Of a DNA stretch of 64,000 bases, positions 9,703-19,293 are shown in pieces. Each line of letters begins with the position of its first letter. The first letter of the stretch is position 1. The notes beneath the pieces are model-generated. The model saw nothing but the letters and a program-made list of their open reading frames with translations. It made no database searches and had not been told where the DNA came from. The stretch comes from Candidatus Latescibacterota bacterium. Lineage in GTDB: Bacteria; Latescibacterota; UBA2968; GCA-2709665. Location of the stretch: NCBI GenBank assembly GCA_965237675.1, contig OZ250150.1, forward strand, positions 5,248,001-5,312,000, in the 5' to 3' direction. The translations under genes were made by a program, and so were the position numbers.

Positions 9703-10065
9703 TTACTCAAGTCCGGCACGTTCGATAACGACCTCACCGATTTTGTCGTGGATACCCAGGGGGCCGGTGACCCGGAACGCGACGCCCGGGAAACGGACCG
9801 CGCTTTGTTCTACCATTGTGGGGATATCGTGGGTAGCGTGGCGGCCGGGCGAGAGCATGTAGGGGTGAACAACGACCTCGTTTGCACCGTCGCGAACGCA
9901 GGCTTCAATGCCCTCTTCCAGGGTCGGTTGCGCGAGTTCCATATGGGCGATATGTATGATAAGCCCAGGACGCTTCCGCTTCACGATATCCGCCACGTCT
10001 TCGAGCATACGATTGGCTTCATCCCGGGTGGAGCCGTGATCCACAATGAGGAGAGCGATAGACAT
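9703..10065 (-). CDS. Short sirohydrochlorin chelatase (CbiX-S/SirB N-terminal domain)
   Basis: LLIVDHGS, AHMELAQP, HPYMLSPGRHATHDIP, PLGIH. Confidence 0.85.
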   Translation of the reverse strand: MSIALLIVDHGSTRDEANRMLEDVADIVKRKRPGLIIHIAHMELAQPTLEEGIEACVRDGANEVVVHPYMLSPGRHATHDIPTMVEQSAVRFPGVAFRVTGPLGIHDKIGEVVIERAGLE

Positions 10066-10125
10066 AATGAATTAAAAATAAGAAGTTTACGATCAACGAC
10101 AGTACCTGCCGCCGCCAGCGACGTT

Positions 10126-10154
10126 AACTTAACAATTCGTGGCGATTCCGTCAA
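10126..10154 (-). promoter_or_regulatory. Putative sigma70 promoter for the chelatase-MFS-S8 genes
   Basis: Minus strand TTGACG-17 nt-TAAGTT with TG before the -10. Confidence 0.45.
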
Positions 10155-10320
10155 TATAACTTACGGGACAACATTTCTTCGAGATCAGAAGAAAATTTCG
10201 GGATAGCCGGTATCAAGGTTTTTTCTTGTGAGATGTAGACAATACCCACCAGCCGGTTCTGAGTAACCACAGGGAGCAGAAGATAAGATTCGGTGCCAGT
10301 TGCAGGTTCTTAGTTCTCAT

Positions 10321-13284
10321 TCAACTTTCCCAGCGTTCGAATCCGGTGTGGACAACTTTAAACGCGTCACCCGATTCAAAGTCGTAGAAGTATCCTTTTG
10401 AGTCATCCAGGTCGTCCACCATTCCGCGGATGAAATCTTCATCGCCGACGTGGATGAGGGTCTTGTTGTTTTTGCGCTCGACGCTCCGGATCCGATAGCA
10501 GGCATCGCGTTCGTTATCGTTCCGGATGGAGATGTAAGCGCCTGCGAGGGGTCCGTTCGGTGGTGGCTCGGCTGTGTGGATGACCCCGGGTTCGTGGGTG
10601 GAGACGATGCCGGTCCAGGCGGCTTCCGCTTTCTGGATGGCGTGAGATTCGGTGCCTAAGATCGTCCCACCGACGAGCGTGGCCCATCGCGGGCCGTTTT
10701 TCGACTCGGCATAGATACCGAACATACCGTTGAAGCGAATGCGGCCGTCTATGTTGATGGAGGTGTGCCCGTCGCCGAAAATGACTGTGTGGGTATATTC
10801 GCCTGGCAGGCGGACTCTTAGAGCACGGAGAACCGGTCCGCCAGGGAGATCGATTTCTTCAATTTGCACAATATTCCGGTTCTCTCTGAAAGCTTCGATA
10901 AGGCTCAAATAGCCGGAATCGAGGGGCGTTTCACCCTCATGGGCGACAATGCCGCAGGTCAAGCGCCGGGGGTTGCCGGGTTTGTTCCGGGGTGGATCGC
11001 CGTGACAGAGGGCAATCTCGCCTGGGGCGTTCATCAAGTTCCATCGCAGGTGGATGTCGGTTGGCGCGCCGGGCCTGGGTGACGCGGGGAGCGCCTGCCA
11101 CGTATCCGTAATGGTCCAGTCGACGGAGACCGTGCCGGCCGGGGCCGCGCACCGCTTTACGTTGTAGAGGTACTGGAAGCCGCTGCCACTGTAGCTGCGT
11201 ACTTCGCCATCGTAAAATTCTCCGAACTTGACGTCTTCACCCGCGTAGGTGCCTTTACCCTGCGGCGTGAGTTCGAGGCCCTCAGTCCGGACCGTCCCTT
11301 CGGCTGCATGGAAGAGAAAGTGGTGGGAAGTGCCGCCGGAGACCTGGAAAAGGTCTGCCACATAGAAGTCCGTATCGGAGATGCGCACAAGCGCGCTGGT
11401 GCGGCGGTAGATCGCGCACTGCGGGTAGACGTCAGTCGATGAAACGGAGACCACCTGAGCTTCCTCCGTGGTTGCATAGAAGTCGACCTTTCCGGAGTAG
11501 TCACCTTTCTGTTTGCTTCGGTCGACCAGGACCGTGTTGTGGGAGACGGTATGGCTGGTCCAGCCTGAACGTTTGGGCCATACGCGCGCGTGTTCGGGAT
11601 AGCCCAGGTCAGGCAGCAGGTCCAAGCCGAAGGCGTAGAGACCCAGATTTAATCGGTCCGCATGCCCATGGCCGATGTTGCGGCCGTAGTAGAGCCAGAG
11701 GGTGCGTTCGGTTTCATCCGCGCCGTCTCTGAGCAGGGCCAGACCGTACCCCGACATTAAATCAGAGTCGAGGCGGAAGGGTCCGTGTTGCGCTACGGTC
11801 TCCCTCACGCGACGCCGGATGGCTTCCGGGTCTTCGTCGAAGATGCTGCCGTGAATCCGTGTCGGATCTCCGCCAACGAGGTGGTGCGCGGCCCTGGCGA
11901 AAATGGGATCGCCGAACAGTTCAAGGCCCTCCAAACATTGCTCGACGGTGAGACCGCAAAGGTTGGGGCTGCCCGTCTGGCCCGTGTCGCCAATGTTGGG
12001 GATGTATTTGCCCAGGCAAATCATGCGGATGTGGCCCAGGAACATCTGTTTGTACCGGAAATAACCTCGGATGTTGTGACGGGTGTACGAGCGTCGGCAT
12101 CTTAGTACGCGGTCCAGATCGTTCATACCCTGGGATTTATGGAGCCAGCCCAAGCTGTAGGAGGGCGCGGCTTCAGAGCCGATACCGTCCCGGTCGATTT
12201 CTCCCGCGAAGAGTTTCGGGATGTGACCGCCGTTCGGCTTTTGACCGCGCAGTCTGCCGGCTTTAAAAACCCAGTCCAGCCAGTGGTCGGTATCTTCCGC
12301 ATCCAGGGCGACGGCGAGGACGGCCATCGTGACCTGATCGCCGGGTTCGTTTCGGGCTACGTCGCCTGCGAGGATGGCGGCAATGCCCTCGCGGATGATA
12401 CGATCTTCAATATGGCGACACAGTTCGTCCGCGTTGTTCTGAGAAAACAAACCGTGGACGTTTTGTTTACGGGAGAGGAAAGTGAAGAGTGGGTCGTCAT
12501 CCCGCCACGCCGTTCGGACGGCGTCATAACATTCCGTGAAGGCGATGAGAAGGCCCGGCTCCCAGATGCGGCCGTAGATACGACCCCGGCCGCTCAATCC
12601 GTCCGAGTTGAAGAATCCGAGTCTTGCCCAGTAGGACCAGTGCATGTCGGGATAGACGTCGGCGATTCTGGCCAGCAGGATGCCGGCTTTGTGGGCGTAC
12701 ACGGGGTCGCCCGTGAGCAGGTATGCCCGCTTCAAACCCTGGCAGGCGGACCGTATTTCGTTCCAGATGCCGTGGTGTCCATAGACGCCAATGAATTTGA
12801 ATGATTCTCCGGTATCGTCGGTCCAGCCGTTACCGTCGTCCACGCACCACGTGTAAAGGGGGTCGTTGCTATCCGGATGTTGGGTGTTGTAGAGCAGGCT
12901 ACGGTCGGCTTTCTCGGGAATAAAAAGTCCGCCGGGGCCTTTGCCGCTCTTGTAAAAAGCGGCAAAGTCGTTGCTGGGGAAACGGCCACCGCAGTTGGGG
13001 CAGGTGATCTTCCAGCGGTCGTGGAGAACGTCCGCTTTGAAGGCACCTCCGTAGCGATTGATGCCGTCGCCGCACCGCGGGCACCCTTTGGAGACGCTCG
13101 CGTTGGTGCTGCGACCGATGGTTTGCCCGGTAACCAGGGTCCAGAGCATGTCATCGTCCAGATCAAGCCAGCGTCGGGCACGATGGACGGCAACGTCCCG
13201 TTCGGCGGCAGCCCAGGGCATCTGTTCAATGTTGCGGCGCGCGTTGGCGATCCGTTCGGAAGCGGTGAAATGTTCGCCGGGCAT
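10321..13284 (-). CDS. Heparinase II/III-like large polysaccharide lyase family protein
   Basis: GHGHADRLNLGLYA..DLLPDLGYP, WTSHTVSHNTVLVD, PNIGD; ATG 13284 follows a GGGAG RBS. Confidence 0.75.
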   Translation of the reverse strand: MPGEHFTASERIANARRNIEQMPWAAAERDVAVHRARRWLDLDDDMLWTLVTGQTIGRSTNASVSKGCPRCGDGINRYGGAFKADVLHDRWKITCPNCGGRFPSNDFAAFYKSGKGPGGLFIPEKADRSLLYNTQHPDSNDPLYTWCVDDGNGWTDDTGESFKFIGVYGHHGIWNEIRSACQGLKRAYLLTGDPVYAHKAGILLARIADVYPDMHWSYWARLGFFNSDGLSGRGRIYGRIWEPGLLIAFTECYDAVRTAWRDDDPLFTFLSRKQNVHGLFSQNNADELCRHIEDRIIREGIAAILAGDVARNEPGDQVTMAVLAVALDAEDTDHWLDWVFKAGRLRGQKPNGGHIPKLFAGEIDRDGIGSEAAPSYSLGWLHKSQGMNDLDRVLRCRRSYTRHNIRGYFRYKQMFLGHIRMICLGKYIPNIGDTGQTGSPNLCGLTVEQCLEGLELFGDPIFARAAHHLVGGDPTRIHGSIFDEDPEAIRRRVRETVAQHGPFRLDSDLMSGYGLALLRDGADETERTLWLYYGRNIGHGHADRLNLGLYAFGLDLLPDLGYPEHARVWPKRSGWTSHTVSHNTVLVDRSKQKGDYSGKVDFYATTEEAQVVSVSSTDVYPQCAIYRRTSALVRISDTDFYVADLFQVSGGTSHHFLFHAAEGTVRTEGLELTPQGKGTYAGEDVKFGEFYDGEVRSYSGSGFQYLYNVKRCAAPAGTVSVDWTITDTWQALPASPRPGAPTDIHLRWNLMNAPGEIALCHGDPPRNKPGNPRRLTCGIVAHEGETPLDSGYLSLIEAFRENRNIVQIEEIDLPGGPVLRALRVRLPGEYTHTVIFGDGHTSINIDGRIRFNGMFGIYAESKNGPRWATLVGGTILGTESHAIQKAEAAWTGIVSTHEPGVIHTAEPPPNGPLAGAYISIRNDNERDACYRIRSVERKNNKTLIHVGDEDFIRGMVDDLDDSKGYFYDFESGDAFKVVHTGFERWES

Positions 13285-13420
13285 GGAGCTCCCCAAAAAG
13301 ACGGGACTTGCGGGTGATTCTTGATATAGCGCTCGATCGGCGGGATGACGCGCGATGTCCCTCTCCCACCGAGCGCGAAAGGAGCCAACGGGCGACTTTA
13401 CCGTCCGGTGGATTCGAGCA

Positions 13421-14956
13421 TCAGCCCAGATCCTTGATGACTTCCTGCGCGGCATTGTGGCCGGGAATGCCACTCACTTCTCCTCCGGGATGCTGTCCCG
13501 CGCCGCAGAGGTACAGGCCTTTTTGCGGCGCACGATATTGCGAGAGTTCCGGCAGGGGTCGGTTCCAGAAGAGATGCTCGCCGGCGTGTTGTACATGCCA
13601 GATACAGCCGTCCGTGAGACCGTTTTCCCGTTCGATGTCCTGGGGCGTTCGGAAGATATAGTTTCTGATGGAGGATCTGAAGTTGGGCGCAAACTCGGTG
13701 ATCTGGTCGATGATGCCTTCGGCGATCTCCTCCCTGACGTCTCCCCAGGTTCCGGTGCGCAGTCTTGCGGGCGCCGGGTAGATCCACACGGAGGCGGTGT
13801 GATAACCGGGCTGTGTGAGGGCGGGGTCTACGAACGAAGGCATCGAAAAACTGATAACGGGTTTGCGCACGGGCATGCCCCCTTCCAACTCGTCATAGGC
13901 CGCGTCGATTTCCGCCCTTGAGGCCTGAAGCGTGATCGCACCCCGGTAGGGCTGTTCCGGGTCCCCGTCCCAATACTTCCACAGCGGCGTTTCGCTGATA
14001 ACGGCGAGGAGTTTGTAACAGCTTACGTGGGTGATAAGGCCTTCAAGACGCCTGCGCAACCGGTCGTCGACCCATTCGGACGGCATGAGTCTGAGGAAGG
14101 TGTGCTTGGGGTCCAGGTTGGAAACGGTGATACGGCTGCGGACTTCCTCCCCGTTTTCCAGGCGGACGCCAATAACGGCGTTGCCTTCCACGAGGAATCC
14201 CGCGACGCCTGCGTCGAGGTGGATGGCCGCGCCCGCCTCTCGCGCCGCGGCGGCAATTGCATCGCTGACGGCGCCCATTCCGCCTTCAACGTAGCCATAA
14301 GGATGGGCTTCCCCGGTTTCGGTGTCGGGGCGGTTGATGGAACCGTAGGCGAAGTGCAGACCGAGGGGATTGCGGCCGACGGCGGCGCCTTCCGAGGCGT
14401 GGAGATCCTTCAGGTGGTCGGTTGAAAGAAATTCGTTCTGAAGTTCCCGGACTCGGGTGGAAATGGCTCTATCCAGCACGCCCGCCGCCGGAGTGCCGGC
14501 TATCCGGGAACGTACTTCGTCCAGGGGTGGGGGCGCCTGGAATCTATATGGGGTAACGATATCGGAGAGAATCCGCTTGAATTCACCGTAGCGCCGCGAA
14601 TCCGCGCGTTCGGCCGCGGTGAGGCGGCTTCTGTGTGTTCGGTTCCTGGGAGACTCGTGGTCCGAGGGGCCGTGGTAGGTTCCGTCGGAGCGGAGGCGGA
14701 TGTACCCTTCGCGGGGCAGCATTTTCATACCGCGTTCGTAAAGATTGAGATCCCGTATTATTCTGGGGGGCAGGCCGTGGATCATGTGGGCACAGGTTGA
14801 GAATTGAAACCCCGGCCAGAGTTCTTCGGTGATGGAGGCGCCGCCGACAAAGGAACGGCGTTCAAACACGCGGACTTTGAGCCCTGCTTTTACAAGATAT
14901 GCAGCGGTAGTGAGGCCATTGTGGCCGGCACCAACGACGATGACATCCGAGTCCAT
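13421..14956 (-). CDS. Phytoene-dehydrogenase-like FAD oxidoreductase (PYROXD2-type)
   Basis: VVGAGHNGL..AAYL, VGGASITEELWPGF, GLYLCGAGQHPGGEVSGIPGHNAA. Confidence 0.85.
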   Translation of the reverse strand: MDSDVIVVGAGHNGLTTAAYLVKAGLKVRVFERRSFVGGASITEELWPGFQFSTCAHMIHGLPPRIIRDLNLYERGMKMLPREGYIRLRSDGTYHGPSDHESPRNRTHRSRLTAAERADSRRYGEFKRILSDIVTPYRFQAPPPLDEVRSRIAGTPAAGVLDRAISTRVRELQNEFLSTDHLKDLHASEGAAVGRNPLGLHFAYGSINRPDTETGEAHPYGYVEGGMGAVSDAIAAAAREAGAAIHLDAGVAGFLVEGNAVIGVRLENGEEVRSRITVSNLDPKHTFLRLMPSEWVDDRLRRRLEGLITHVSCYKLLAVISETPLWKYWDGDPEQPYRGAITLQASRAEIDAAYDELEGGMPVRKPVISFSMPSFVDPALTQPGYHTASVWIYPAPARLRTGTWGDVREEIAEGIIDQITEFAPNFRSSIRNYIFRTPQDIERENGLTDGCIWHVQHAGEHLFWNRPLPELSQYRAPQKGLYLCGAGQHPGGEVSGIPGHNAAQEVIKDLG

Positions 14957-15045
14957 AAAGATGGTTCCCTTCGTTTCGAATGAACACCACCCGCGCAGTC
15001 CTGAGCGGAGCAGTATCGTGAAATCGTCTACGGTTGCAGCCTTAC

Positions 15046-15205
15046 CAGCCCGTTGAAAAAGTCCATCCGGTCTGCGGCCGGCTCTTATGGCCGAATTACT
15101 GCGTTGCGCTCCCGCACCGAATTCCCCGATTCGGCTCGGTCGCGCGCCTTGTCTTCGGCCACAATGGCTCGTCCTCGCCTGCAGAGCAACTTCTTCAACG
15201 GACTG
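15046..15205. mobile_element. MITE (family B), 160 bp, with 17-bp imperfect TIRs and a 4-bp TTAC target duplication
   Basis: Left CAGCCCGTTGAAAAAGT vs right (revcomp) CAGTCCGTTGAAGAAGT; TTAC at 15042-15045 and 15206-15209; partial copy at 43583. Confidence 0.8.
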
Positions 15206-15409
15206 TTACGGCGCGGTGCGGCGCCAGTTGCAATGTGACCAGCCAGTCTTCGCAGTCTCGTTGTCGAAGATGGGACATTTGAAGGATTCCCCTGCCTGGG
15301 CTTTGAGGTCTTCCCGAACGACGGCCCCCGAGATCTCCAGCTTGCTACCCGCAAGCTGAGTGACTTCGCCAAGATGGGTTTCACCGCCGATGATTGCAAT
15401 ACGTGTCAT
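15206..15409 (-). pseudogene. N-terminal remnant of a Gfo/Idh/MocA-like oxidoreductase
   Basis: MTRIAIIGGETHLGEV Rossmann-like start, only about 67 aa; overlaps the end of the upstream gene. Confidence 0.45.
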
Positions 15410-16862
15410 GTGCGACTCCGTTCGATGCTTCAACGTAAGCGTTCAGGTGCGCCGCGGCGCGCCCGCTGTCGATGGCGCCCTTTGCGCGTTCGATGGCCGC
15501 GGATGCGTCGACATCAAATCCGAGTAGATTGTCTTTAATTGCGGCGTTGAGCACGATCTGGTCGTAGACCCAGCCTCTTCGTCCGGAAAGAGCGGCGTAG
15601 CCCGCTTTTGCGAAGGCTTCTGCACATACGGTTTCGGGGCGCGGATGCCGGTTGTAACAGAATCCTGCGGCCGCCGGGTCAATGTCCCGATCGTATGTTT
15701 CGATTCGCCCTGCGCTGGTTATGAAGCCCCGTATATTGTTGATGGCCTTTCTTTCGCCGTCGGAGGGCTTGCCCAGTCGCAGGCCGAAGGAGCTGGCGCC
15801 TTCCATACCCTTCACGACAAGGCCGGAGTTGAGACCGCGATCCTTTGCCAGCCGAAGAAACATATCTTCGTAGCCCGGATGGTAGTAGCCGACGACCATG
15901 TGGTTCTCGCCTGGGCACGTGAAAAGCTGCTGGGCTTTCTCCGTTGCCGCCCAGGGAGGCCGTTTTCCGATATGCGAACGGAGTTCCCTGGCAGCATAAG
16001 CGGCCGGCGAGAAGATACGCTGGCTGACGTAGGCAAAACCCACGCGGGGGTGCTCAATCAGACCACCGGCCTGTTCCAGAGTGAGGTCCGCGTTGGCCCC
16101 CAGCGCCTTCAGGATCTGTTCGTCGGTGACCCCCCATTTCGGCGGCATTCCGTCTACGCCGTGCAGAACCGTCGGGCGTCCCTGCGCTGCCCTGACCGCC
16201 GCGACGAAAAGGGTCGGGCGGGCATATTTGTTCGATCCGTCGTACGGTTCACCGAAGTGGGTGAGCGAGTCGACGCCCAGTTCCACGACGTCAGACGGGT
16301 CGAACGCGGCGTCCAGGTATCCGCGCGCCTCGTCGTAGGTCTCGCGGTTCATCCGCTGGCCGATGAGTGCGGCGCCCTTCAGCGCGTCTCTCACATGCCC
16401 GTTCAAGATCGCTTCGCACATCCGGCGGGTTTCGCGATAACTGAGATGATCCCCGGCCAGGATTTTTCCGAGAGCGGAAATGAGAACCGCTTCCTCTCCG
16501 TTTCGACCCTCCAGCTTTCGGGACGGGTCCAGCAGAAAGAGGATTTCGGGCGGCAGGTTTTGCCGGAGGGCCGAACGATATCCCGTGAAGGCTTCGGTTT
16601 CGGCGCAACTCCACCGGGTCTCGGGGGGGAAACGGCGTCGCAGGGCCATGGCCACGAAGAACGCACCCATCTGAATGGACGACACACGTTGCGTCTCGGG
16701 CAATTCACCCCTGGCCGAACCAAGAATTAAATCCAGAATCCGGCCGGGTTGGGGATCGGAAGGCTTCAGACCCAGCGGACGAGATTGATGGGGTCCGGTA
16801 CAGACCCGGGATTGGGCTTCCAGTACTTCGGGGTTCGGACCCGGGTGGTTTTCAACCGTCAT
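15381..16862 (-). CDS. Anthranilate phosphoribosyltransferase-like (TrpD/YbiB superfamily) long protein
   Basis: LIGQRMNRET, THFGEPYDG, LHGVDGMPPKWGVT, LRSHIGKRPP, VVKGMEG, IVLNAA. Confidence 0.8.
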   Translation of the reverse strand: MTVENHPGPNPEVLEAQSRVCTGPHQSRPLGLKPSDPQPGRILDLILGSARGELPETQRVSSIQMGAFFVAMALRRRFPPETRWSCAETEAFTGYRSALRQNLPPEILFLLDPSRKLEGRNGEEAVLISALGKILAGDHLSYRETRRMCEAILNGHVRDALKGAALIGQRMNRETYDEARGYLDAAFDPSDVVELGVDSLTHFGEPYDGSNKYARPTLFVAAVRAAQGRPTVLHGVDGMPPKWGVTDEQILKALGANADLTLEQAGGLIEHPRVGFAYVSQRIFSPAAYAARELRSHIGKRPPWAATEKAQQLFTCPGENHMVVGYYHPGYEDMFLRLAKDRGLNSGLVVKGMEGASSFGLRLGKPSDGERKAINNIRGFITSAGRIETYDRDIDPAAAGFCYNRHPRPETVCAEAFAKAGYAALSGRRGWVYDQIVLNAAIKDNLLGFDVDASAAIERAKGAIDSGRAAAHLNAYVEASNGVAHDTYCNHRR

Positions 16863-17094
16863 GGCATTGGTATCCTTCAGTGATATGGAGTCGGCGATAG
16901 TATACATGAAATCGAGTGTGCTATCAAGCGGGTCGGGTGGCGCCTCCGGTCCCGGAGGATGCGCACGGGGCCAATGCCCAATTGTCGCTCCAGGGGGATT
17001 CGGGATTGAAAAAAACGGTTTGCAAGGAGGTCGTTTTTTGTTAAATATGACGTGAATGACGTAACGGGAATTCAAGCTGTATCCGAGACCGAAA

Positions 17095-17886
17095 ATGACG
17101 GTGTTCCGTTTGGCATGGTGTCTTGTCGCATTTGGTTGGATGGGTGCCCGGCTTCAGGCTGAACCCGTTCGGGTATATGCCGCTGCCAGCTTGATCGGCT
17201 CGATGAAGCAGATTGAAGAACTGTTCGAGGAGGAGACCGATGCAGAGATCCGGTTCTCCTTTGCGGCGTCTTCGACACTGGCCAGGCACATTGAGCGGGG
17301 AGCGCCGGCCGAGGTTTACATTTCCGCCAATCCGGCGTGGATGGATTATCTGGAGTCTCGGGGGTTGATTCACCCGGGCAGCCGGGCCGACCTGCTGAGC
17401 AATGCACTGGTGGTGGTGGCTCCCAGTGGAGAGGGGTTTGGCGTCAGATGCGAGCAAGGGTTTGACTTTGCCGCGGCGTTCGAGGGTCCGCTGGCGGTAG
17501 CGGATCCCGATCTCGTTCCGGCCGGGATGTACGCAAAACAGGCGCTCGTCCGGTTGGGATGGTGGCAGGGCCTGAAAAATCGCCTGGCCGTGGGTCAGGA
17601 TGTGCGTTCGACCCTTGTATTTGTCGAACAGGGCGCCTGCGCGGCAGGGATTGTGTATGCGACCGACGCGGCTTCCAGCGAACGGGTGGACGCGCTGGCC
17701 GTATTTCCAGCCGAAACCCATGGGACGATTGTTTATGCCGTTGCGATTGTGGCGGGACGGGATGGGGCGAATACCAGGAAATTTACGGATTTCCTGACGT
17801 CAGCGCCTGCTTTCAACGTTTTCAGAAGGGATGGCTTTCGGGTGCTGGCCTCCCGGCGAGAGACCGAGGCGCCGGGAACAGACTGA
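17095..17886 (+). CDS. modA: Molybdate ABC transporter substrate-binding protein
   Basis: Signal peptide, VYAAASL, FAASSTLARHIERGAPAEVYISAN, VPAGMYA, GIVYATDA. Confidence 0.92.
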   Translation: MTVFRLAWCLVAFGWMGARLQAEPVRVYAAASLIGSMKQIEELFEEETDAEIRFSFAASSTLARHIERGAPAEVYISANPAWMDYLESRGLIHPGSRADLLSNALVVVAPSGEGFGVRCEQGFDFAAAFEGPLAVADPDLVPAGMYAKQALVRLGWWQGLKNRLAVGQDVRSTLVFVEQGACAAGIVYATDAASSERVDALAVFPAETHGTIVYAVAIVAGRDGANTRKFTDFLTSAPAFNVFRRDGFRVLASRRETEAPGTD

Positions 17887-18122
17887 GGCATCATGCCCGA
17901 CTCCCGGTTGTTCGCGACCCGCCGATGGCGGCGATACACCAGTGGACTTTCGTGCTTGCAGTGGCGGTCCTCTACCGTTCGGCAGGTCGAAGTGCTTTTG
18001 TGTTGGCCTCGCCCTCCGGAGGGTCGGCATCGTCGGAAATTCGTTCGCGTTTCCGCCGGATCGTGTGCGGGGCAGGGACATACTCGAAGGGCTGATGGAC
18101 CGTTTCAAACGGGGGAAACGGG

Positions 18123-19247
18123 ATGGCTGTCTTGGAGAGGTTGAATATCGGCGTTGCCGGCGCGGCGGGCAGAGGGGGAAGTTTTCGAGCGGCTTTTGAC
18201 GCCCATCCGATCGCCCGGCTGCACGCCGTCTGCGATATCAGAGAGGAGATGCTGGATGCGGCGGCCGAAAAGCTCGGCGCCTCGGAGACATATACCGACT
18301 ACGAGGAAATGCTAAAAAAATCCGACGTGGACGCCGTGGTCATCGGCACGCCGATGCAGTTCCACGCGCCACAGGCGATCGCGGCCCTGGAGTTGGGCGT
18401 CCATGTGCTGAGCGAGGTGACAGCGGCGGTTTCGGTCGCCGAGTGCAAACGCCTCGTGGGCGCCGCGAGCGCCACCGATGCGATATACATGATGGCCGAG
18501 AATTTCACGTATACAAAACCCAATGTGCTCGTGAAAGAACTCGCGCGACGTGGACTTTTCGGAGAGATCTATTATGCGGAGGGGGAGTATATCCACGAGT
18601 TGAAGGGGTTGAACGAGATAACCACCTGGCGGCGGAAGTGGCAAACCGGGATCGACGGCGTCACCTATGGCACGCACAGCCTGGGACCGATTCTTCAGTG
18701 GATGGCAGGCGACCGCGTGGTGCGGGTCTGCTGCGAGGGCAGCGGACATCATTACGAGGATCCCAGGGGAAATCAATATGAGAATCAGGATTCCTGCGTG
18801 ATGCTGTGCAAAACCGTCCGGGGCGGGTTGATCAAGATTCGGGTCGATATGCTGTCGGAGCGACCCCATTCAATGACGAACTATACCCTTCAAGGCACAA
18901 CCGGATGTTATGAGTCCGCCCGTGCGAAAGGGGAGGCGCACCGGATCTGGCTGGCGGATTTGTGCGAGGATAATAATACCTGGATGGATCTGGTGCAACT
19001 GGAAGAAGAATATATGCCGGAGATGTGGCGCAACCCTTCCGAAGATGCGCTAAAGGCGGGCCACGGCGGCGGGGATTATTTCGAGATCCTTGATTTTGTG
19101 AACGCCATCGCGGGAACGGCGCCCTGCCCGATTGGGATTCACGAGGCCATGGACATGACACTGCCCGGTCTGATCAGCCAAGCATCCATCGCAGATGACG
19201 GCGCATGGCTGGATGTGCCCGATTCGAGGGCCTGGGTGCAGACATGA
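18123..19247 (+). CDS. Gfo/Idh/MocA oxidoreductase
   Basis: Rossmann start, HVLSEV, YMMAEN, YAEGEYIH, GHGGGD. Confidence 0.88.
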   Translation: MAVLERLNIGVAGAAGRGGSFRAAFDAHPIARLHAVCDIREEMLDAAAEKLGASETYTDYEEMLKKSDVDAVVIGTPMQFHAPQAIAALELGVHVLSEVTAAVSVAECKRLVGAASATDAIYMMAENFTYTKPNVLVKELARRGLFGEIYYAEGEYIHELKGLNEITTWRRKWQTGIDGVTYGTHSLGPILQWMAGDRVVRVCCEGSGHHYEDPRGNQYENQDSCVMLCKTVRGGLIKIRVDMLSERPHSMTNYTLQGTTGCYESARAKGEAHRIWLADLCEDNNTWMDLVQLEEEYMPEMWRNPSEDALKAGHGGGDYFEILDFVNAIAGTAPCPIGIHEAMDMTLPGLISQASIADDGAWLDVPDSRAWVQT

Positions 19248-19293
19248 AACGGAGGGGCCGCCGGGATGTTGGCCGTTCCACCGTCTCGCGACC

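Noticed and set aside
10066-10320. Cobalamin riboswitch upstream of the CbiX-like gene
   Set aside because: No B12-box or GGGAA...GCCACTG elements are visible.
17030-17070. ModE box or Moco riboswitch upstream of modA
   Set aside because: Only a TAACG half-site with wrong spacing; no recognisable riboswitch core.
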